Source: Sphaerodactylus townsendi (lineage: Eukaryota). Taken from it: a DNA stretch of 64,000 nucleotides. Under the pieces are notes generated by a model that made no database searches, was not told the origin of the DNA, and saw nothing but the letters and a program-made list of their open reading frames with translations. Location of the stretch: assembly GCF_021028975.2 (NCBI RefSeq), contig NC_059432.1, forward strand, positions 31,062,001 to 31,126,000. The letters are read 5' to 3'. The position numbers and the translations under genes were made by a program. Shown in pieces: positions 50,343-62,615 of the stretch (the first letter of the stretch is position 1; each line of letters begins with the position of its first letter).

Positions 50343-50838
50343 CCCTAAGGGGGACCCAAATCAGCTGACAATGTTTCTCTATCTCCTTTTTATCCTCACA
50401 ACAAGTGAGGTATGTTACATTAGGACCCCTTCCACATATGCAGAATAATGCACTTTCAATCCACAATCCCCTAAGGGGGACCCAAATCAGCTGACAATGT
50501 TTCTCTATCTCCTTTTTATCCTCACAACAAGTGAGGTATGTTACATTAGGACCCCTTCCACATATGCAGAATAATGCACTTTCAATCCACAATCCCCTAA
50601 GGGGGACCCAAATCAGCTGACAATGTTTCTCTTTCTCCTTTTTATCCTCACAACAAGTGAGGTATGTTACATTAGGACCCCTTCCACATATGCAGAATAA
50701 TGCACTAATCCACAATCCTAAGGGGGGGACCCAAATCAACTGACAATGTTTCTCTTTCTCCTTTTATCCTCACAACAAGTGAGGTATGTTACATTAGGAC
50801 CCCTTCCACATATGCAGAATAATGCACTTTCAATCCAC
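50343..50838. repeat. 126-bp tandem repeat, about four copies (SINE 3' part plus MITE left end)
   Basis: Near-identical units, visible as the 42-aa repeat in ORF 50323-50739. Confidence 0.92.
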
Positions 50839-50948
50839 TTTCAATGCACTTTGCAGTTGAATTTTACTGTGCGGAATAGCAAAATCCACTTGCAAACAGT
50901 TGTGAAAGTGGATTGAAAATGCATTATCTTGCATGTGTGGACAGGGCC
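50797..50948. mobile_element. Palindromic PIF/Harbinger-like MITE inserted in a SINE
   Basis: Same family as 35706; SINE resumes at about 50949 (tgagagtatgtgactgtccc). Confidence 0.7.
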
Positions 50949-51034
50949 TGAGAGTATGTGACTGTCCCACAGTCACCCAGCAAGCTACCATTGGGAGGGA
51001 AAGCCTCAGGTGGTAACTGTAGAATATAAGATAG

Positions 51035-52502
51035 CCCAAAAATTCAAGTTACTAAAGGGGTAAAACAAGGTTGCGTATTGGCTCCTACACTCTTTAAGCT
51101 CTTTATTAACGATCTAGCTTCCACACTAAGTGAGGCCCAAGTACATAGTCCAACTCTGGACTCAACTTCCATACCCCTGCTTCTGTTTGCTGATGACGCA
51201 GTTGTACTTTCCCGCTCACGAGTCGGACTAAGGAGAGCTTTAGAGTGTTGTATAGAATACTGCACACTCAACGATTTGCAACTTAGATAAATCCAAAATT
51301 GTGGTATTTACCCATAAATGGAAAGCCACCACAATTAGGCCTTTGATGAGCCACAGTAGTTTCGAGCAGGTGCAGTCCTTATATAAATACCTAGAGAGGC
51401 TTACCTACCATCATAGGGCCTCCCTGGACACTAACATAGGAATCGGGCCATCTCCGCCCGGCTAAATTAAAGTGCCTCAGCCATTATAACGCTTCCCCTC
51501 TATGGGAAAGGCCGCAGGATACATCCCCTGCAGCGTTGAGAGCATTTAATGCCAAAGTGAGTCAACAAATCCTTTATGGGATCCCCATCTGGATAGGGGC
51601 ATGGAGCAGAGGAGGTTGAAAGGGTCCAGTCATACTTTCTGTATAAAATCCTTGGCTTGCCCCATTCTCTGTTATTCCCCTATCGCGGCCCTGTGCTTAG
51701 AAACAAGGCCAGCATCGGCTGGAAACTCTGGCCTGGTGCCCGTACATTTATCCAAGTTTTGGGCCAGGATTTTGTTTTAGGATCGAGATGAACTGGACTA
51801 TACATCCCAGGGACGCTTCCATCCCTCCACACACAACCCAGTGGTGGGTTAAAATCGAGATAGCCAAACTTAATGAGTTGGGCACATTTCCTTGGAGGGA
51901 CCTGCTAATGCTAACAGAGCAGGAGTTCTATGGGGCTATCAAGAAGAGAGACTTTTTTGACAGAGAGTTTCAACAGATGCTAGAGGAAGCTAATAAAACC
52001 TTGTTCCCCGATCTCTCTGGGAATACCTATGGATATTAGACTAATTGCAGCCCAGTACCTTTTATCTCTCCTGGATTTGAGGCCCGGTGGCGTGATGAGC
52101 AATCACCTTAGCTAGGTGTAATGCCCTGCTTTCTTCCTTTAGCCTTGGACGCCACCTTGGAATCCCACATAAAGAAAGGAAATGCCCGTGTGGCATGGGT
52201 TCTGTGGAAACAGTATCTCATATGCTGTTGGATTGTCCCTTTTATGAGATAGGTAGGAAGAAGCACATAATCCCCTTCCTGCATGGAAGTGAAGGCATTA
52301 CAGATAAACAGAAGGTTATATATCTTTTAAACAGCCACAACTACGAGCTGTTGGAAGCGGTGGCTAAATTTTTTAAATGGTAAGTGTATTTTAGTAGCTT
52401 CGGTCCAGAAATTGTAAAGTTGTAAAGGCTGTTATTATCTTGCTAAGCTAATCTTAAACAATCTATATGCCATTAAAGGTATTCGAAATCGAAATCGAAA
52501 TC
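51035..52502 (+). mobile_element. RTE-X-like LINE 3' portion (RT and zinc knuckle)
   Basis: KGVKQGCVLAPTLFKLFINDL, LLFADDAV, CPCGMGSVETVSHMLLDC; atgccattaaagg followed by a (CGAAAT)n tail; flank duplication tataagatag at 51025-51034 and 52508-52517. Confidence 0.8.
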
Positions 52503-53038
52503 AGGAGTATAAGATAGACTGTATGGACTGTCATATGCCATGGACTGTGTATTTCTGAGCAGGCACATCTGTTTTGGACAGGTAATATTCAAGTCTAAGT
52601 AAAAATATGGGCTGAAAGTAAGTGTTTTCTATCACAGTTAAGGGTTCCCCATCATTTTTCCCCATTTCATATATAACACATTTCTTTTACAGTTTTCTCA
52701 TTAAATTCAGGTGCTCAGTGATTCAGTCTTCTTTGTCTCTGACCCCGGTGATATGTACATAATAACCCTGCAGTGTCTGGAAATCCCAGCATCAAACTTC
52801 CTCCTGCAGTGATAATACTTTTTAAATGCTGTAAGTGTGACTGTTGCTGTTTTTGTTTTCTGACTGTGGAATGTGTCTGAAGATTCTAGATCCTCTGTTG
52901 ATGTAAAATATGTCTTCATTCAAATTTATAATGTTTTGTGCTTTATTGGTATTATGTTCAAAGAGGTATTTATGAAAAAATGGTTTGGGTAGGATTGAAA
53001 TATTGCTACTCTCCCCCTCCCTCCCCAATTTAATCTCT

Positions 53039-53575
53039 GGCTGTTTCCGCATGGGCCAAAAACGGTGGCCTGGGGGTGGTAAAAACGCTGCCCCCAGGCC
53101 GCCGTTCGCACAGGCAGCGCTGCTGAAACGCAGCAGCGCCGACCTGGCTGCCCTTCCCCTCCCTCAGGGCGGCGTCAGGCCGCTCCCTAAAAAACAACCC
53201 TTTAAAGGGGTTGTTTTGAGGGAACAGCGATCTTCCGGCGGTCGCGGTCGCGAACAGCACCGCCCGGGGAACATCGCTAGTTTCCCCTTCCCTCTCCCAC
53301 TTCCCTCTCGCTGTCGTCGTCCTGCTGGCCTCCTAAGTCCCTCCCTCGCTGTCCTCCGACCCCTGGAGGTCGGAGGGCAGCGGGGCCGGGCTTAGGAGGC
53401 CAGCAGGACGACGACAGCGACGAGGTAAGTGGGAGAGGGAAGGGGGAAGAGGCAGCTCCGTGCGGGGCCACTCTGCTGGGGCCGCTTGCATGCTTGCGTG
53501 CGAACGGCCTCCACCCCCACGCCGGCAGAATTCTTGCCGGCGTGGGGGCGCATGAAGGTCCATGCGGAAACGGCC
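53039..53575. mobile_element. CpG-rich Harbinger-like MITE with a long internal hairpin
   Basis: TIRs GGCTGTTTCCGCATGG and CCATGCGGAAACGGCC; internal inverted repeat at about 53283-53448. Confidence 0.75.
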
Positions 53576-54325
53576 TAAATCTATCTGAAACCTGAGGTGT
53601 AACTAAAACACACTCATGGGTGCTCATCCCAAATAACATCTCAGTATTTCATTGGTTCCTTTTTATTCTGTCTGACTTTGTCTATTAGAATTGAACTGAC
53701 ATATTCTATTGAGGTTCAAAGGTCACTACAATCTTACTTTTCAAGCAGTAGGAGCAGGAAAGCTTAGATTAGATCAAGTTTTTCATGGTTGAAAGACACT
53801 TGAATCTAAAAGAAATCTTTGAATGTTACAGAGATCTTAAATCCTCCAACAGCTTCAGATACAGCTTAAAAGTAATTTATTTTGTGTTTGTCATATTTAG
53901 AGTTCACAGATTTGTTATTCACTTGCACACAGAAGAGCAAATCAAGAACTCTTTGATTTCAGAGCACCATGGGTTTACTTGGCTTGCTTATTTTTATGGT
54001 TTACTGGGCTGAATTATTTCTCGTGGGGTCGGGGGTGTTCCTGCTTTAGATTAATATATGTCTTGAATTATTTGACCCTTAAATACATCACTCAGTAGCT
54101 TGTGGGCAGGTTCATTACTTTGCAGAATGGAAGAGTTGTAGTAGGGCATGGTGTCCGAAGTAGAAGAGCAATCATTCAGTACATTGCCACCTAGACAAAA
54201 GGTATATTTCTCAACCTTTTCAGAGGTTGGTCATTTCCAGCATCCCTATATGGGAAGTATGAATGAGGTTTTAAATAACAGGAGCATATAAAACTGAATT
54301 ACTTGTGAATTACTAATATATTTTA

Positions 54326-55500
54326 CTAGCAGGGCACCCATGCTTCGCTACGCTTACTCCATCACAGGCTCTCTATGAATTTTGGGGTGATATTCAACAT
54401 ACTTCTTTACAGCCTGTTTGTGAACTTTGGGGTGACATGCAGCATATTTCCTCCCAGCCTGTCTGTGGACTGATGGGTTTCGCATATTTTGCAGCAGCTT
54501 CCTGTAGTTGTTTTTTGCTAATCCAATGTGTTATTGTTTTCTTTCACCTGGTGGGCTCCAAAAGATGTCATGTGGAAGCAGCCGTTGTATTTTCGGGATT
54601 CAGAAAGGAAGTGTTCTGCCATTGGATGCTGATGAGTGAGAAGGCTGTGAAGAGGTTCAGGGTAGAGTTGAAGGGCAGGGAGCTGGACTGTACCACCACT
54701 GCAGCACATTCCTGGGGACTCATCCCGCCACTTCAGAGCACGACACCAAGCACAGGGTGATCGGAGGCCCAGAGCAGTAAACTTGTTTCCACAGTAATCA
54801 ATCTGATGTCCATATGCAAAACCCAACAAATATTTAGTAGTCCAAGGTGATAGTGTGGTTTGTAATGTATGTTTATAGTGTTTGGCTGTAGCGGTGTTGT
54901 TAACGTGAGAGTGGAGTGAGGAGTACTTTTTCACAGCCTGTCTGTTAACATTGGGGTAACATTCAGCATGCTTTTTTTCAGCCTGTTTGTGAACTTTGGG
55001 GTGACATGCAGCATATTTCCTCACAGCCTGTCTGTGGACTGATGGGTTTGTTTTCGTATATTTGGCAGCTTCCTGCAGTTGTCTTTTTATAATGCAATGT
55101 GTAAAGCGCTTTCTGTGTTTAATTTCTCTTCTCCCTTTAGCAAAAGGGATAGGTTCGCATGCGTTGTGGAGTGCAGTGTTAGAGTGCATTTGGCGCACCT
55201 TGGTGAAGGACATGAAGCTGGTGGTGTTTAACTGTCACCCTTAGAATGTTCATGCAGCATGTCTGTGGACTGAGCGGTTGATTTGCCCTTAGAATGTTCA
55301 TGCAGATGGCCAGAGATGAGCAGTGAAAACAGTAAATGTGTAATAACTTGAGTAAAACTGAATATTTTGAAAAATCCTTTCTTAGAGAGCACCTAAACCA
55401 CATAATGAACCGGTGCGCCAAATTTCAACTTTGTACGTTCGGTGGTTTTTGAGTTCTTTTGATGAGTCAGTCAGTGGTATTTCGCGTTTATAGATATAGA
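54326..55500 (-). mobile_element. Non-autonomous Helitron with both termini and a RepHel N-terminal fragment
   Basis: Minus strand A|TCTATATCTATAAAC...cgtagcgaagcatgggtgccctgCTAG|T, no TSD; ORF 54518-55213 contains CAWCRALKW.ESPGMCCSGG.V.LP...PEPL.SLL...FL...RKYN.CF.MTSFG. Confidence 0.9.
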
Positions 55501-56089
55501 TAAGAGAGTCTGCTTTGAAAATGTTTGAGAAGAATGTGTTACTATACTACACCCTCTAAACTCTAGGTTTGTTACTATCAACCTGCTACTGTCTCCCACT
55601 TATACATATAGTAATGGCAGGTATGGACTGAAGGCGTGAACCAGTACTCAGGGGGTAGAAAATAATACCCAGAAATCATCTGCAAACATGTATTTCTGAC
55701 CCTCAATCCCAATTCAGGGATAGAACATCATACAGATCAAGGCATTTGGAACACCAGCTGTATCAATCACCATGGGATTCACAACAGGACCTTCTGACTC
55801 CTCATGACTATCACATCCATCCATTTCTGTCAGTTATCTGAATTGTGTTTTGTGTTTTCTTTTTTTGTTTTAAGGGGGCAAACTGTCACCTCTGGCAGTT
55901 AAGTTTTGTCCATAGTCTAGTATGGATGTAGATTAGAGTTTCAGGAAAGGTCACTCTTATAGCTTTCACCTAAGGCAGTCATAATATTATGAGTAAGCTT
56001 AGTCCTGAAGTTGCAAAAATCCTGAATAAAGAAACAGCGCAGAGATTGTCTGATGATGACTCTTTCTCTCTCATTCTGTTTGTGTGTGT

Positions 56090-56300
56090 GTGTAAAGTGC
56101 TGTCAAATCTTAGCTGACGTATGGCAGACGTATGGCAACCGTGCAGAGTTTTCAAAGCAAGTGACTTTCATAGGTGGTTTGTTCTTGCCTGCCTCTGTGT
56201 AGTCTGCCAGAGTTCTGAGAGAACTGTGACTGGTCCAAGGTCACCCAGCAGGCTTCATGTGGAGGAGAGGGGAATCAAACCCAATTCTCCAGATCACAGT
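56090..56300 (-). mobile_element. SINE (tRNA-type body, Sauria-type tail)
   Basis: B box gggaatcaaaccc, core gtgactggtccaaggtcacccagc, tail gctgacgtatggc. Confidence 0.55.
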
Positions 56301-56349
56301 GAGTCCTTGCTGGCTCTCGATGATGACTATACCTGTCAGCTTTTAAAAA

Positions 56350-56765
56350 ATTATTATTATTCCAGGTTTTTCCTTGTCCTCAAGAAGAGGCTTCATGATT
56401 TTAGATTTGTTCCTCCAGGTTAAGAGGTTTTGGATGTTATCCTTTTGGTCAGTTTTACAGTTCTGAACATAAAAGTATTAGTGTAGACTACACTAGACTT
56501 ACATGATGATTAATTTCATCCTGATTACCATAGATACTTAAGGTTCAAATGCAACGGGTTCTCGTATCAGTATAAGATGTTACATCTTGTAGTAGACATG
56601 GCACCAAGAGTATTTAGTGAATGTGGGTGGTTACTTACCTTAGGTCCAAGGGATGCTGCTTAGATGATTGGCTGGTTGTAGCATCATCACAGGATGTGTT
56701 ACAGACTCATATATCACTCATTTTGGGAACACGTGGAGATCTATGGTTGGTCATTAAATGTAGAG
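56350..56765 (+). mobile_element. DIRS-like reverse transcriptase remnant
   Basis: YSRFFLVLKK and VVTYLRSKGCCLDDWLVVA (YLDDWL-type motif). Confidence 0.6.
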
Positions 56766-58073
56766 GTTGATATTTATATTTTGACCACCTTTACTGGTGA
56801 CTTTTTGAATTCTGCTGAGGCACAAGCATTTTTCCTCCTAAAAAAGGGCCTCGTGTATGAAGGCACTGGTTCTTCATCTAGCAAGAAATAGATTCCTGGG
56901 TCAGAGCTGCTGCCACATGAACAGCCGGGCAGGAGGTGCTTCAATTCCCTCCCTTCCACTGTGCTGCCCACAGTAAGGGGAAATCCACCCACCATTTCTC
57001 GGCTGTTGCAGGGAGGCCCCTTTTTCTTTTTAAAAAATTGCACGTTGCATCTGCGTAGCTATGCAGGTGCATCTAGTTGTATTGTGGGACAATCAGCATG
57101 GCTGTGGGGATTCATTTCTGCATGCCTGCATAGCTACATGGTCTTGCAGGAAATGTTTAAAAAGAGAGAGAGAAGCATCTCTATGCGAAGGCATAAAAGC
57201 AACCTGGATTGTTTCCATGGGCTCCAATTGCTGCCTGCCTGGCATGCATGTGAACGGGAAGAAGGGAAACAGGTTCTTTTATAACGACTGCAACCCTTTA
57301 TACATTTGCTGTGCAGAATCAACCAAATTGAGGCAGCTCCTTGTGTTCACATTTCCATTTTACCTTTTTTTCCCCTTGGAAGAATATATGGGCCATTCTC
57401 TGTAGACATCTGTGTATAAATGTTTGTTTTTCAAAATACAGATTTATATTGCTGGTTGTGACTAAATTATGCCGGTTGATCTTGTTGTACTGCGAACCTT
57501 CGTGTTGCATATAGATCAGCAAATAGCAGAACAGTTACATTTAATGTCTTGACTGCATTTCACTTACTATTGTCTGAAACCATTAAGCTCCATACGTGCT
57601 TTTCCCCATATGCTGCTTTTCAGAATAAATCTAAACAAATTGCTGGATAATGCATCTGTTATGCTGATATAAAATATGTTGATGACTTGCTGAATTTTCC
57701 AGGGTGATAGATAAAAAGTACTGATGCCTTTATTTGCTTTTAAGAGGCACAATAAGTGAAAAGGAAGGAACATATATCATACATTTTATCGGAGCCGTTC
57801 CAAACTCCATGCATTATTTGGTACTCTTTGGTAATAACATTGGTCTCTCAACAGTTGAATGAAATTGGCAGCAGCTAATTAAAAGAATGGTTATCCATGT
57901 ATGATATTTAGTAGTTATGTGCATTGACCTAAGCTCGTCAAGAGTTCCAAGAATTTCAGCAAGGTAAAAATGACTTTTATTTTTTCCAAAATATAAAAAT
58001 TGGCAAACTTTAATTTTCATTTTAAAAAGAGTGCAGGGAAGTGCAGACTCTAATTGTTGAGATCCTTATAGTA

Positions 58074-58221
58074 CAGTGGTGGTGAACCTATGGCACTCCA
58101 GATATTCATGAACTACAATTCCCATCAGCCACTGCCAGCATGGCCAATTGGCCATGCTGACAGGGGCTGATGGGAATTGTAGTCCATGGACATCTGGAGT
58201 GCCATAGGTTCGCCACCACTG
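58074..58221. mobile_element. 148-bp palindromic hAT MITE
   Basis: CAGTGGTGG and CCACCACTG termini, whole-length palindrome, 8-bp TSD ttatagta/ctatagta. Confidence 0.9.
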
Positions 58222-58859
58222 CTATAGTACATTAAGCATTACATATTTTGTATTAATTGCTAACAAGTACATAGAATTCACATACCTACTTACACAGTGA
58301 CCTAGTGAAAATACTGGACCATGTCAAGTCCTACAAGCTGAATTTTGTTTTGTTTTCTGGTAAATTAGTAAGTGCAGGTATAGCTCTGCTGCAGCATTTG
58401 TAATCACTCCATTCAGTTCTACTAAGGTTAGATTCTAATTCTCCCATGGGATCCAGCACAGAGATTAGAGGGCATACACTATGAATGGCTCCATGGCTAG
58501 CTATAGTAGATTTAATCAGGAAGAAATAGCCTTATCTGTGGAGTGATTTGAGATAAAATTTGGCAGCTAATGGACTGTTTTACTTCTCCCCAGATGTTTG
58601 GGGACAGTTTGAACTACTGAAAGTAACTCTGGGGGAAGAGCCAAATTACAGTCGGTTATGGGGTGGGGGGGATGGAAAGTGTTTTTGCTACCTCATCTTT
58701 ATCAAGTATTTTCACACATGGCAGAATGGTGAGAGTAAGGTGTGCTGTTATTTATTTATTATATAAGTTAGCACTAGATCCCAAGTTAGTGCTTCAAAAA
58801 ACTGTAACTGAAGCTTGTGATTCTACAATGGTCAAGCATCTGCAAGGGGAAATAAGTAA

Positions 58860-59074
58860 TGTTGAAGGCTTTCATGTTCGGAATCACTAGGGTGTTGTGG
58901 TGTTTCTGGGCTCTATGGCCATTTTCCAGTAGCATTTTCTCCCGATGTCTCGCCTGGATCTGTGGCTGGCATCTTCAGTTCCTCTGAAGATGCCAGCCAC
59001 AGATGCAGGTGAAACATCAGGAGAAAATGCTACTGGAACATGGCCATACAGCCTGGAAAACCCACAACATCCCA
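58860..59074. mobile_element. Palindromic Penelope insertion, ribozyme cores mutated
   Basis: Inverted arms; 11-bp TSD gaaataagtaa at 58849-58859 and 59075-59085. Confidence 0.88.
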
Positions 59075-59155
59075 GAAATAAGTAAGCTTGCCACATTGAG
59101 CCCCTTTGCTTTAGATAGAGTGTAACATGAATTGTTGATGGACTTACAGATCTAA

Positions 59156-59296
59156 GGCTCCTTCCGCACACGCAAAATAATGCATTTTGAAACCACTTTC
59201 ACAACTGTTTGTAAGTGGATTTTACCATTCCGCACAGGTTCAAAGAGCACTGAAAGCAGTTTGAAAGTGCATTATTCTGCATGTGTTGAAAAGGAC
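59156..59296. mobile_element. Palindromic PIF/Harbinger-like MITE
   Basis: ggctccttccgcaca...tgtgttgaaaaggac; same family as 35706. Confidence 0.65.
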
Positions 59297-61102
59297 TCAA
59301 AGCCCTTTGTAAATTCTAAAGTGCACTATATGAGGCAATAACACTTATGGGGTGTTGTAGGACTGCCTAATAGCCAAAAACAGTGATTGAAATTTCATGA
59401 TACAATAAGATACGCATGAAATACATGAATTCCATTTTCTTGCAATGTTCTCAGTGGCATGAGTGTACATCCTGAACAGCTCTGATGTGCTCTTTTGTGA
59501 AACTTTTGCAAGTTTTATACTGGAAATCAGTAGTTTTAACTGCATTTCTTAACCTTGTTTTGTTGTAAAATTTTGTCCCGTTTTATATGCCAATAAAGGC
59601 TTGTGTTGTTGTTGATATTGTGGCATGAAAATCTTGATCTTGAAGTGTTTGCATCTGTAGTGACTTTGCTCATGTTGGCATTTGTATATCCCAATGAAAC
59701 AAACAGTCAAATAAGGCTTTCAGATTTTCCTGTAAGTGGAGTGGTTCTTCTAGGTTCACAGAAGCATCTACCTTAGTCTTGAGAGATCCCATTATGTAGA
59801 TTTTATTTTCTGCATGGTAAGCCACCTGGAATTAGGTATATGGCTTACTTATAGGCTGAGAAATAGGGTAAATCTTTTATAGTTCACTGACCACAGTTGT
59901 ATGCTCGAACATCTTTCATACGAAGAGAGATACAGTACAGGAGGTTACCTTCTTGCCATAATAGAGACAGATAATGTCATCAAAAAGGAGCAAACTTGTT
60001 TGTGAAGTTAAGTGGAATAAAATGTTGATAAGAGCCAAAGCTGTCACAGTAAGTTCATAATATAGCATTCAGAAGTAGATTAAGGAATATAATGCTGTTT
60101 TCTTTTAGCTGGGCTCCAACTCCCAATCTTGAGTTCTGAGGTCTCTGCAGATCAGGTTATTAGACATAAATATAATTTGTAAACAAAAATCATTCTTGTC
60201 CCCTTGCCCATCTTATTTGAGATTGTTTTGCTTCCTTGTCTGTCTCTCAAACACCAGGTCTTGGTTAATATCGAGGTTGCGTTTAGGAAAAAATATTGTT
60301 TTGAATTTGATACCTGGGCAGAATCTTTATCATCCTAGACTTCGAAGCTTTTCCTTTTGGCCAGCTGTGTTTTTTGATCAACTGTGATTGTGCTGTGATT
60401 TTTAGAATATATGATACATTCACTTCAGCGTAAATAAGGCAAGGAAAAGTAAGCTTAGGTTAAAAGAATACAGGGACAGAAAGTAGAATTCATGGTATGT
60501 CAAACAACACATGGTATGTCAAACAATACCTCACATTATATCAGTTATATCAGAAAGAGATAAGAGGTGAGAGAAACCTGTGGTGGACAATGAAGTTATG
60601 TAGAGGAAAGAAAAGTATAAAAGAAAACAAAATCAACATTCTATAGGGAGAAACATTTAACAGCTGCCTGCTGAGGAGGTTCAAAAGATGGGGGCAGCAG
60701 AGATCAGACATTGTCTAGTGCTCTGCTCTTAATCAGATAAGATTTTTTATTCATCTTCTCCTTAATTATCTACTTTTTATTTTTTGCGTTCTGAGGTGTA
60801 AATGTAAGAGCAGGAGCCCTTTGTGAACTGGAAAAGTTTTATGAGAGAAGCTTTCTCGTAATTCTAATTGCAGCTGCTACGTGGTATTGTACTTTTTGGA
60901 AATACAACTAAAACAAAATACAAATTAAATAAACAACTTGGTTTTTATGAATGATATGTAAAAGGAAAAATAGAATCGGCTCGCCAAGTGAAAATCTTTG
61001 GTAGCCAAATTTAAAACAATCTAAATTGGATGCCTTTTTTAAAAAACAACCCTCTAATGATCAGCTGCAAATTGATTTTCCCAGTGAAATAGATTTTCTG
61101 CC

Positions 61103-62263
61103 ATGGAAAATGTAGAGAATGAAACCATAGAAGAACCTGGAGAACAGCAACTTCTAATTAATTTAAACACAAGCAGCAGCTATCCAGGGGATAGATCACA
61201 GAGTGGTGGTGTGGTCAACCTTGAGGAGGGTTTGGATCTCTTATCTATTTCTGACAATTTATTTTCAAAACTTTTGGCTGAAATTGCAGACCAATGCCTG
61301 TTAACAGTAAGATCTTTTCAGCATATTGAGAAAAGGCTTGCCTCGGTGATTGTCCATTTAACCAAGATTAAAAAATCCTGTACTGGTATCTATCTGCTCA
61401 AATGCATGGATGAAAAGTTTACTGAAATGCATAATAACAAACATCCTATTTCAATATATACAAGACATCCAGGGCTTGTATACAAGACATCCAGGGCCCC
61501 CCAAGGCTGTGTACTTTCACCACTTCTCTTCTCTCTGTATACCAATGACTGCATCTCAAATGATCCATCTGTTAAAATACTGAAATTTGCAGATGATACA
61601 ACAGTGATTGGTCTCATTCGAGACAACCATGAAACCGCATACAGACGGGAGGTTGAACAACTAGCCTCGTGGTGCCACTGGAACAATCTAGAACTGAACA
61701 CACTTAAAACCGTAGAAATGGTGGTAGATTTCAGGAGAAACCCTCCCATCCTACCTCCTCTCACAATACTAGACAACACAGTATCAACAGTAGAGACCTT
61801 TAAATTTCTAGGCTCCATCATATCTCATGACCTAAAATGGACACCTAATATCAAAAATGTCATTAAAAAAGCACAACAAAGAATGTTCTTTCTGCGCCAA
61901 CTCAGGAAGCTCAAACTGCCCAAGGAGCTGCTGATACAGTTCTACAGAGGAATCATTGAGTCTGTCATCTGCACCTCTATAACTGTGTGGTTTGGTTCTG
62001 CAACCCAACAAGATCGACACAGACTTCAGAGAATAATCAGAACTGCAGAAAAAACAATTGCTGCTAACCTGCCTTCCATTGAGGACCTGTATACTGCACG
62101 GGTCAAAAAAAGGGCTGTGAAAATATTTACTGACCCCTCGCATCCTGGACATAAACTGTTTCAACTCTTACCCTCTAAACGTCGCTGCAGAGCACTGCAC
62201 ACCAAGACAACTAGACATAAGAACAGTTTTTTCCCGAATGCCATCACTCTGTTAAACAAATAA
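61103..62263 (+). other. 386-aa chimeric ORF: about 130 aa of unknown, probably LINE-derived sequence fused to the Rex1 RT C-terminal half
   Basis: Open frame across the Rex1 5' truncation point. Confidence 0.6.
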
Positions 62264-62615
62264 TTTCCTCGATAATGTCAAACTATTTATTATATATTTA
62301 TTATATAATTACTGCACTACTTTTTTCATCATTCCTATTACCCATCTCCTCCCAATTATGACTGTATGACTATAGCCTGTGCTGACATTTCATTTTATTT
62401 TATGATTTTACATTTTATGTTTTTATTACTATTGATTGTTTCCTGATTGCTTACTAGACCTATATGACAATCATTAAGTGCTGTACCTTATGATTCTTGA
62501 CAAATGTATTTTCTTTTATGTACACTGAGAGCATATGCACCGGAGACAAATTCCTTGTGTGTCCAATCACACTTGGCCAATAAAGATTCTATTCTATTCT
62601 ATTCTATTCTATTCT
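61491..62615 (+). mobile_element. Rex1/Babar LINE, 5'-truncated, ORF intact
   Basis: APQGCVLSPLLFSLYTNDC, KFADDTTVIGLI, KTVEMVVDFRR, DPSHPGHKLFQLLPS, NSFFPNAITLLN; AATAAA followed by an (ATTCT)n tail. Confidence 0.92.

Noticed and set aside
50323-50739. 138-aa ORF with 42-aa Cys-rich repeats
   Set aside because: By-product of a 126-bp tandem repeat built from SINE and MITE sequence.
52711-52830. Plus-strand exon candidate (ttcag|GTG ... GCT|GTAAGT)
   Set aside because: Stops in all three frames and no partner exons identified.
53030-53640. CpG island or host promoter with several ORFs
   Set aside because: Bounded exactly by TIRs; it is a CpG-rich MITE.
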